From the IMG/VR virus record IMGVR_UViG_3300028115_001726, positions 1-64,000 of that record: a stretch of DNA of 64,000 bases; one strand, given 5' to 3'. The stretch comes from a virus. Positions 1 through 12,000 of the stretch are shown piece by piece. A model generated the notes under the pieces. It was not told the DNA's origin and made no database searches. It saw nothing but the letters and a program-made list of their open reading frames with translations. Position 1 is the stretch's first letter, and every line of letters starts with the position of its first letter. The translations under genes were made by a program, and so were the position numbers.

Positions 1-3000
1 AGGAGATCAATATCCAACATATGTGTTTTCACCAGACGGTTTAACAAAAAATCCCACTTTAAAATTATTCAAAGGACAAACATATACTTTTGATATTAAC
101 ACACCTGGGCATCCTATATCATTTGTAAGTGATATCAATTTTAATGACAACGATCCTCTTCTTTCTATTGACGCTGAAAATAATAGCACACTTTACAATA
201 CAGGTATTACAAAGTTCAAAAGATTGGAAGATGGTACATTAGTTGAAACTACCGACGAGTACATAGAAAATGGTAGAATAGTTTTTGTTGTTGATACAGA
301 TGTACCTCCTACTTTGAATTATGTAAGTCAGAATGAAATAAATGTATCTGGCGTTGCTACATTCTATAATATCGAAGAAAGTAGTAAAATTGATGTTGAA
401 CAAGAAATCCTTGGTAAAAAGACATATACTACAGAAAATGGTTTAAAATTAAGCAACGGAATGAAATTAAATTTTCAAGGCGAAGTTACACCTGCTAGTT
501 ACAGCGATGGTTATTACTTTGTAGAAGGTGTTGGAAGTAAAATTGTTCTGATAAAAGAACAAGATTTAGAAGTGCCTGTAATTTTTACAACCGAAGTAGC
601 CATACCATTTGACGGCGAAGACTATGCGTTTGATAAATTTCCTTTTGAAGATGCTAGAAGTTTTCCAGCAAACAAAGATTATATTTGTGTAAATCGTTCA
701 AGCAAGGATAGAAATCCTTGGAGTAGGTATAATAGATGGTTTCATAAAGACGTAATTGAAGCTAGTTTTGCTGCTAATAATCAGCCAGTAGCGTTAGATC
801 AAAACGCAAGAGCTAAACGACCTATTATTGAATTTGAAGCAGGAATAAAACTTTTTAATCATGGTGTAAAAAGTAAACAAAATGTAGATCTTGTTGATAC
901 ATTTACTACTGATGTTTTTAGTACTATAGAAGGTTCTGGCGGTTACATCATTGACGGTGTAGAGATAACACAAGATATGAGAATATTATTTACTGCTGAT
1001 CCTGATATATTAGTTAATGGAAAAATTTATACTGTAAACTTTATTAACTTTGGAACTACTGAAACAAAAAAGAGACAAATTAGTTTAGTTGAAACTACAG
1101 ATACTATACCAAATGAAGGCGATAGTGTTTTAGTGTTACTTGGAGATGTAAACAGCGGCAAAATGTTCCATTATGAAAATACTTCATGGAAAATGAGCCA
1201 AGAAAAAACAGCAGTTAACGAAGCACCGCATTTTGATTTGTTTGATTCCTCTGGAAATGCCTTTACAAACGAAACTTATTATAAAGGTAGTACCTTCCAA
1301 GGTACAAAACTTTTTAGTTACAAAAAAGGCTCAGGCAGTAATGATGTTGAATTGGGATTTCCGTTAACATACGAAAGTATTAATAATTTTGGTGATATTG
1401 TTTTTAGTTTTGATTATAATTTAGACACATTTAATTATCAAGACGACAATTCTAATACAGTTACAAACTCAATAAAAACAGGATTTTTTAAAATTTATGA
1501 TTTCACTGGTGATAATTTTGCCTATGAAAATGTTTGGAAAAAAACTTATTTTAAATCTAGACAAGCAGTGATTAGACAATACAATGCTAAAGTAAATGAC
1601 TTTGACGTTGATGTGTTTGAAAATAGTTACTTGTTAGATGATTTACAAATCAAAGTTTTTGTTAATGGTGAGAAAAAAATTGAAGGTATTGATTATAATT
1701 TAACCAATGCTGTTCCTAATAAGCGTGTAAGTTTTATTAAAAATTTATCTAGCACAGATATTGTAGTTTTAAAATGCTATAGTGCCGCAGATAAAAATAA
1801 TAATGGCTATTATGAAATACCTAGGAATTTAGAAAGTAATCCTACCAACAATGATGTTACAACCTTTACAATTGGTGAAGTTAATAAACATGTAAACACT
1901 ATATTGTTTGATCATCCTGACACTACAGGAATTGCTCCAGGAGTAACAAATTTAAGAGACATTGGAAACGCTACAGAATATGGTTCACAATTTATGAAGC
2001 ATAGTAGTCCGTTTAATTTAGCATCTTATCACATTGTTGATAAAAACGCAAATGTTATTAAGTCATTAAATTTTGCTCAATCTGAATACAGCAGATTTAA
2101 AAGAGCGTTTTTAACTGAATCAACAAAAACTGGTTTTCATGGATCTACTGCAGATCATGTTGATTTGATAATGAAAAAAATTACTAAAGACAAAACTAGT
2201 TCGTTTGCCTTTTTTGCTAGTGATATGGTTCCTTTTAACAAATCTAGAGCAAATACTACTAGTGTAGATTATACTGGAATTGAATATATTCCTACTAGTT
2301 ATGATGGTTTTGATATGACTACATTAAGTTCAAAATCAATTTTAGTATATGTAAATGACGAAATCAAAACAATAAACAAAGATTATACAATCGAAGATGG
2401 TTTTGTAAAGTATACAAATGCTGTTGAAAATGACCAAATCACTGTAGTTGAATTTGATAACACAGCAGGATGTTTTGTGCCACCAACACCAACAAAACTA
2501 GGATTTTTACCAAAGTATGAACCACAAATTATAAATGATACATCTGTAACTGGAAACGTATCTGTTATACTAGGACATGATGGTAGTCGTACAAAGGCAT
2601 TTGGTGATTATAGAGATGACCTATTATTAGAATTAGAAAAAAGAATTTACAACAATATTAAGATTAATTATGATACTAATTTTTTAGATATACATAACGT
2701 TCTTCCTGGTAAATTTAGAAAAACTAATTACAAAACACAAGATTTTAATAATATACTGCTAGAAGATTTTAGCAAATGGTTAGACGGCGCAAATAATCCT
2801 GATTATACTTCGCAGGATTTTTATGATGGCTCTAATCCATTAACTTATAATTATCGTAACATGACTGACTTTGACGGCGAAACATTAGTTGGTTTTTGGA
2901 GAAATATCTATAGATATTATTATGACACAGACAGGCCGCATATTACACCTTGGGAAATGTTAGGAATTTCAATAAAACCAACATGGTGGGAAAGTGTTTA

Positions 3001-6000
3001 TGGACCTGCTCCTTATACATTTAACAATACACCTTTGTGGCAAGATTTACGTGATGGTCTTGTAAAAGAACCAGGCAAACCTGTAGTACAAAAGAAAAAC
3101 TACGTGCGTAAAGATTTAATGAATATTATTCCAGTAGACGAACAAGGAAATTTACGTGGACCTTCAGCCTCTGGTCTAGCAAGGAATTTTGTTTTAGTTG
3201 ACACCATAAAACCTTTTGTTTATGGAGACGGTTCTCCAACTGAAAATGCTTGGAGAAATAGTAGTGAATACAACTTTGCGTTGTTAAAAGCGTGGATTTT
3301 ATTACAACCAAGTCATGTAATTGGCTTAGGATTTGATCGTAGTAGGATGAAATTTGACTTATCTGGTAATATAGTATATTCAGAATCTCAACAACAGATT
3401 GCTGCTAAAGATCTTATATTTCCTACTATCACAGAGGGTAGTGAAACTGAAGTATTAACAAGTGGCTTAGTAAATTACATAGCAAACTATGTGAAATATT
3501 CTGTAGATTCTAAATACATAAAATATCAAACTATTACAAAGGGTCTTACAAATCAGTTAGCAATAAAGTTAGGTGGTTTTGCTGAAAAAAATAAATTAAA
3601 ATTATTACTAGATAGCAGAAGTCCCTTAAATAAAACTAATGTATTTGTTCCAAATGAAAATTATCAAATATTTTTAAACAAAAGTTCTGTACAAGATACT
3701 GCTATAGCCAGCGGAGTAACAATTGAAAAAACAATTAATAATGGCTACATTGTTAAAGGATATGATAAACAAAATCCTACATTTACCATATTACCATTTA
3801 TTGAACAAAGAAGTGATAAGGCTATTAATGTAGGCGGAATTAGCGAAAACTTTTTTCCATTTGCTGAAGGAAATACTTATACAGTAGGAACTATTGTAAA
3901 ATATAATGGAGAATTTTACAGGGCAAAAATTACTCATATTTCTTCAAGTGAAATAGATTTAAATAATTTTACTAAACTTGCTGAATTACCAATATCTGGA
4001 GGTAAAGGTGCTATTATTAGAAAAGCATTTTCAAATACTCCAGAGCAAGTTCCTTATGGACAGAGATTTAATTCAGATCAAGAACTTGTAGATTTTCTCC
4101 TTGGATACGAAGCATATTTAAAATCAATTGGCTTTATATTAGATTCAGTAAATCCAGAAGGTGGAGAAGTAGAAAACATGTTATTAGTTGTTAAAGAATT
4201 TTTATTCTTTGGCACACAAAATTGGAAAGCAGGCACAGTGCTTGCTGTAAGTCCAATTGCTAATGCGTGTAAGTTTTCTCGTAAATATTTTACAGTTGAT
4301 AATTTGTATGATAATTTTTATGATTATAATATAGTTACTAGTAATGGTAATTTAATAAGTGCAGATCAAATAAATGCCTATAGAGACAGAGATATAGATT
4401 TTGCTTTAAATGCGGTTGGAAACAATGAAGGAATTTATCTTGTAAAGTTACCATTAGTACAACAAGAGCATGTTGTTTTAATTGATAATGAAACAATTTT
4501 TGCTGATACAATTTATGATCTTGCTGCTGGATTTAGACAAGATAGAATTAAACTTATTGGTTACAGAACAGACAACTGGACAGGTAGTTTGAATATTCCA
4601 GGCTTTTTCTATGACGAAGCCAGAACAGTTTTATGGGAACCTAACACAGACTATCAAGTTGCTGATATTGTAAAGTTTAAAGAATTCTATTACAGTTCAG
4701 TTAAGAAACATACTAGTAAAACCAAATTTAATGATACAAATTGGAGAAGGTTAGACTCACGTCCAGTCTCACAAATTTATCCAAATTGGGATTATAAAGT
4801 AAATCAATTTGCTGATTTCTATGATTTAGATACAGATAACTTTGATACTGAACAACAAAGATTAGCACAGCATTTAATAGGATACCAAAAAAGACAATAC
4901 TTAGAAAATATTATTACAGATAGTGTAAGCCAATATAAATTTTACCAAGGATTTATACAAGAAAAAGGAACAAGAAATGCTCTTGATAAGTTGTTTGATG
5001 CTTTAAGTAGCAGTGACAAAGATAGTGTAGAGTTTTACGAAGAATGGGCTTTAAGACTAGGGCAATACGGATCTATTGATAATATCCAAGAAACTGAATA
5101 TGTCATTGACGAATCTAAATATAAACTAAATCCTCAAATATTTGAACTTGTATCTCGTGCTGATACAACTAGGAAAGACTTGGTATATGAATACACGCCA
5201 AGAGAAGTTTACAAAAGCCCTGATAATTATTCGCATCAACTTGTTGGAATTACAACAGAGAACAGAGCTATTGCTCGTAATAGTGGATATGTTAGAGATT
5301 CAGATGTTGAATATATTGTACGAGATAAAAGTTTTATTCCTGAAATAGATTTAGATACATTGCCAATTGGTAAACATATTTGGATTACAAATGAAAAATC
5401 AACATGGACAGTTTTAAAACATAGTAGATCAACTTATAACGTAACCAATTTAGAAACGTTTGTTGACAATGCTAATAATGGCGTAAGATTAATTGTTGAC
5501 AGACAAGTAAAAACAATAGCAATAAATGATTATATTGGTGTATACACTGATGTACCATTATTAAAAGGTTTTTATAAAGTAACTAATGTTTTTGGTAATA
5601 CAATAGAGTTTAACACATTAGAAGCAATTGAATATGAAAATGATGAAGATAGTTTCAATGCTACAACTGGCGCAGTAATAAGTGTATTCAACTCTAGAAG
5701 ATTTACAGATGTTGATGATTTAAACACAAATATAGTAGATTTAGAAACTGATAATGTTGATAAAATTTGGTTAGACAATACAGGATCAGGTGAATGGTCT
5801 GTATACGAAAACAAAAGTATTTTTAGTTTGTATAAAGAATTTCAAAATACATCAGATAAAAGAGTAAATCTACTTATTGACGGCAATGTCACAGGATCTG
5901 TAAATGTAGACGATATAGTGATGATAGATGATTCGTCAGGATATAGTAGTGTGTTTGCTAAGTCTTATGACAGTGTAAATGACAGAACAAAACTGACTGT

Positions 6001-9000
6001 AAATAAAGGTGTTAATGTATGGCCTATTGGTTTTAATGTATTTCTAGCTGATAGCACTGATTTAGGAAAATTAGTGTCTGTTGAATATGAGCAAATACAA
6101 GCCACAGATTCATCTCAGAGTAACTTGACTACAGCTAAAACAGAATATATTAGTAACAGCTCATATAATCATGGTGTTCTTGAAATTATGCGTAGATCTG
6201 GCGATACACTTAGTTATAGTCAAACAGAGAATTTTCTACCTACTGCTTATCATGATGAAAATAGTGGATATGGTTACTCAGTATCAGTAGCACCAGACGG
6301 AAAATATATTGCTGTAGGTGCTCCGTTTGCTTCTAATATATTATCAAAATTTAAAGGCACAATTGATCCTGCCGAAGCATATGCTGTAGGTGATATTGTT
6401 GTTGATAGAGGCCAATTATGGAGAGCAAAAGTAGATATAAGCAACTGGCATGATGACGCAAGTGATAGTAGTACAATTACAGCTGGTGACAATGAAGACC
6501 TATGGGAAGCTGTATATAGTTTAACAACAACAGGCGACGGCTTAGCATCAGGGCTTACAGCACAGGGTGCTGTATACATTTACGAATTAGATAGTGTGTC
6601 TAGAAATTATTCTTTACAGACAGTAATGTTTAGTCCTGAACCAAAAGATAATGAAAATTTTGGATATGAAATTGAGTTTAGAAAAAATCTAACCGGAAAA
6701 TATAAATTATTTGTTTCGGCACCAGCACAGGCAGTAGGAGCAATTTATTTCTTTGAGTACGATGTAGATACAGTAGAATGGAAATGGACACGCAACAGAT
6801 CATACAAAGGTGTATTTGATGTAGATGAAAAGTATAGAACAGGCGATCTTGTTTATTATCAAAATGCTCTATACAAAGCATTAGTAGACAGACTTCCGTC
6901 TGTAACGCCAGCAACTGAAAAATTACCTACAGATGTAAACAGTTGGTCTAATGCTGAAACAAATGAAAATGGCGAAATATTATATTACTATTCTGATAAT
7001 GTAGAACATACAGGATTTGTACCAAATAGAGAACAAGATTTAGATGGCGACAATGATACAAATGAACAGTATTTTGGACGTAAATTCTTTGTAAACACAA
7101 ACGGAGACAAACTTGTTGCTCAAAGTATAAAAGCAGGTCAACGCACTCTTACAGTATATAATCAGCCAATTGATCGCTGGACTTACATCCAAGAAATAAC
7201 AGGCGACACTAATGAACAATGGGCAGTAGATTTTGCTATAAATGACGAAGGTAACAAAATTGCTATCTCTGAACCAGCCAACGACGACACTGGTACAAAT
7301 AAAGGAACTGTATATGTTTACACACAGCAAACTGATAATACATATACATTGACACAAAATTTATATAGTCCACAATCAGAAAGAAACGAATATTTTGGTT
7401 CTGCTGTTGATTTTAGTGGTAATAAATTAGCAATATGCGGTAAAAACTCTGATAAACTAACTGTTACTAATTTTGATGTTACCACAAATGGTAAGCTAAT
7501 TTTTGACAACGGAACTACTAGGTTTGGAACAATTGATTCTGATCTTGGTAGAATTATGATATTTGAACAGATAGGTGATAACTTTACATATGGCGAAAGT
7601 GTGAATTATAAACGACAAACATTTGGACATACTTTAGATAATTTTAAATTTATTAATAATCATATCTATTTGAATTTGCCAAACTATCTAGCTTCTAATG
7701 TTAATACTCCTACAGATGCTAATTATGTTATTAGTAATATTCCAGGAATACTAGCAGAATTTACACATACAAAAAACAAAAATTCAAATCAAGTTCTTAC
7801 TTCCCAAACTAATAAACCAGATATTAAACAAATACAGCGTGTATTTTTGTATGACAAAAATACGGCAGATATTATTGCAGACTTAGATGTGATAGATCCA
7901 AGACAAGGAAAAATAGCAGGCGCAGCAGAGCAAGAGATAAGTTACAAAACTTGGTACGATCCGGCAGTATATTCTACAGCAGAAACTGCAGATGTTGTAG
8001 TTGATGCTCAGTCAAATTGGACAGATAGATACGTTGGTAAGTTGTGGTGGAATCTTAGTGAAGCTTCGTGGTATGATCCTTACCAACAAGGTTCGTCATA
8101 TAGGTCAACAGTCTTTAATAAGATTTTACCTGACAGTGATATTGTCGTAAGCGAATGGGTAAGCACTGATTTATTACCATCTGAATGGAATGAACTTTCA
8201 GGATCAACAACTGGTTTTACACAAGGTGTGACTGGTACAGCACTATATGATGATACAGTTTATAGTGAAAAATTGATATTTGATGCTACAAAACAAGTTT
8301 TTGTTCCAAGATATTTCTATTGGGTAAAAAATAAAACTACTGTTCCTACAAATACAAATAGAATTATTAGTGCCCAAGTAGTAGCAGACCTGATTAAAGA
8401 TCCTGCTAAACAAGGTTATAGATATGTAGGCATATTAGAAAGCGATAAATTTGTATTATATAATTGTGCTAGTTTAATTGAAGGAAAAAATACTGTAATT
8501 CATTTTAGAACATTAAAAGATGTTAATGTAAAGACTGAAGTTCATAGTGAATACCAATTAATTACTGAAGGACTAGACATTGATGTTCCAAATCAAGAGA
8601 TTGAACGTAAATGGATTGATAGTTTAGTAGGATATGACTTAGTAGGTAATCCAGTACCTGATGTTAATTTACAACCAGTAAAAAAATACGGTGTGTTAAA
8701 TATTCCTAGACAGAGCATGTTTGTTAATCGCATTGAAGCTGTAAAACAATTTGTAGAAAGAGCTAATTCTGTTTTAATTAAAAATTTAATCGTTGATAAC
8801 TATGATTTGACTAAATTACAATCTAAAGATCCATTGCCTATACTAGCATCTCAAAAATTTGATGTAAGTATTGATGATGTAGAAAATCTTGAATTTGTTG
8901 GTACAGCAAAAGTCAAACCTGCTATTGTAACACCTGTTATTGAATTTGGTAAAATTACAAGTGTAATAATTAATGATAAAGGTAATGGTTACAAAACTGC

Positions 9001-12000
9001 TCCACTTATAGAAATAGAAACAACAACTGGTAAAGGTGCTAATCTTGAAACTGCTATTAACAGTAATGGACAACTTATTTCTGTAACAGTAAAAGATTCG
9101 GGCTTTGATTACGATAGTACTACATTATTAAAAGCAAGACCGTTCAGTGTTTTAGTCACTGCTGATTCTTCAATTGGAGGAAGATGGGCAATATATGTTT
9201 ACAATAAAACACAAGCAATTTGGGAAAGATCGGATAACCAAAGTTTTGATACTACTAAATATTGGAATTATGTAGATTATTACGCTGATGGTTATGGACC
9301 TAATACAATTGTAGATAATACAATTGAGGCAAGCTACGAATTATATGCTGTTAATAACAATATTGGCGATATTGTAAAGATATCTAATGTTGGCACAGGC
9401 GGTTGGTTACTGTTAAAGAAAATTAACGAAATTGACACTGAAGATTACACTGTAAATTATGAAACAATAGGAAGACAAAACGGAACAATAAAATTAAGTT
9501 CGTTAATTTATGATTATACTACTAAGACAACAGGATATGATGCCTCTGTTTATGATATTACATTTTACGACAGAGAACCAGTACAAGAGTTAAGAAATAT
9601 TATAGATGCTATAGCGCAAGATATATTCATTGGAGATTTAGCAGTTGAATATAACAATCTATTCTTTGCCGGAATAAAATATGTGTTTAGTGAACAACCT
9701 AATGTTGATTGGGCTTTCAAAACAAGTTTTATTAGGGCTAAACATAATGTAGGCGAGTTAGCACAAAAAGTTGCTTACCAAAACGATAACTTAGAAAATT
9801 ATCAAGATTATATTAACGAAGTAAAACCCTATAGTTCAAATGTTAGAGAATATATTAGTTCTTATGAAAAAATTGAACCTAGTCAAAGTGTTATTACAGA
9901 TTTTGATTTGTCTCCTAGTTACATCGATGGTAATATCACTCCTAGTGCTGCTACTTTTGACGGCACCGAAGTTGTAAATCTTTGGAACAAATATTTTACA
10001 TATCCTTACAAGAACTGGACCGATAACAACACCTATGAAGTAATCCGTATTGATGTTATAGACGGAGGATCTGGCTTTACTGATACTCCTTATGTCACAT
10101 TTGAAAATGATAGTACACCTTTATATTCTGGACTTACAGCAAAAGCATATATTTCTAAAGGCAAAGTAACAAGTATTGAAATTGTAAACAAAGGAAGCAG
10201 ATTATACAAAGCTCCTACAGTTACAGTAAGTGGTAACCAAGATATAGATGGCAAGCCTGTTTTAGCATCATGTATATTAGGAAATAGTAATGTACGAAGC
10301 ACACATGTTATAGTAAAATTTGATCGTGTGAGTGGCAAAAAGTATTTTGAAATTCTTGATAAAACAGAAACATTTACAGGATCAGGCAACCAAAAGAAAT
10401 TTATGGTTAAGTGGCCAATGAACATAAAGACAGATTCGTTTACAGTTAAAATAGATGGAGTTGTACAATTACAAAATACTTATACTGTTGGTAATCAATT
10501 AGATAGAACAAAATTATATGACAGGTACTTTGGATATGTAGAATTTGTTGAGGATCCAGCTTTAAATTCAACTGTTGAAATACAATACAAAAAAGATGTT
10601 AATCTATTACAAGCGGCAGATAGAATTTTAACAGAATACAAACCAACTTCGGGTATGCCAGGTGTAGAAACAAGTCAATTAATGGACGGAGTTGAATACG
10701 AAGGTGCGTTGTATGACGGTTTAGATTTTGGCACAGAACAAGGATTTGGTGTTGGAGGATTTAGTGACCTGCCTTGGGATACATTTGATAACACTTATCA
10801 AGATGAAGTGTTAACATTAGATGGTAGTACATCAATTTTACAATTATCAACACCTTTAGAAGATGGAGTATCTTATAACATCTATCTTAATGGAGTAAGA
10901 CAAGATGATCCGCAGTATGACGGTAGCACTATTACTGCTAACAAAAATGCTGTAATGGCAACAGTAGTTGGCGATGGAGTTACAGATACTATAGATATCA
11001 ATGGAGCATTTTTTACAACTGACGGTGATCAAGTTATTATTAGAAAAGAGTCCAGCGACGGTTCTTTTGCTCCAGTTTCAGCTGCTTATGATACAGCATT
11101 GTCTGGAGGAGCAATAGATAGATCAACTGCTTCTGGTATACCAGGCGGCGAAGTTATAGTTGACGGCGATGGTTTTTACACTCAAAGTGCTTCAAGAGGT
11201 CCAGAAGAATTAGTACCTGGTCATGTTACAGACACATTAGACTTATCTGTGTACACTCGCACACCAGATGGTATAGGACTTATTTCTGTTGCCAATTATG
11301 TAACTGATGGTTCAACCGTTGTATTTGAAATGCCAAATACACCTTTTGGCACCGATAATGTAGTAGTAAACTATGATGGAAAGTTGTTAGAGAAAAACAA
11401 CTACACTGTTGATGTTGAATCAAATACTCTTACATTTGATAATGTTCAAGAAGTTTTTGAAGCTAATAAATCTATTAGCATTATGACAATAGGAGCAAAC
11501 GGGTCTAAGTTAATCGATACTCAAACAATAAAATTAACGCAGTTTGATATTGATATTTTAGATTCTTCAGGATTAGAAATTGAAACAGCAATTAAATATA
11601 ATACAAATGTTACTGCTATAGTTATTATAAATGGCAAAATAGGTGTTGTTGGTACAGATTACACAACACAAAAATTAAACAATAGATTAGGTATTACTAT
11701 CTTGCCACCAATAGATAGTCCAGACTACAATTTTGAAGTTGGCAATGTAATTCAATATGCTGTATATGATAGTGCTATTCAAACTTTCAGTCAAATTTAT
11801 CAAGATGAATCATGGGATCCTACACTTGTAAATTATTACAAATTTACAGATACAAATATTCCGTTTAATAATAAACCGTTAGGACATAATTTACTTGTTA
11901 TGTGGAGAGCAAATAAACAAGTATTAAGTCCAGGATATAGCATTAGTTATACAACCACAAGCAATAGAATTTACTCAATCGATTCTTGGATGTTTGATCC

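Noticed and set aside
23-25. GTG at 23 as the start of the giant protein
   Set aside because: The frame is open back to the window edge, so the gene probably begins upstream.
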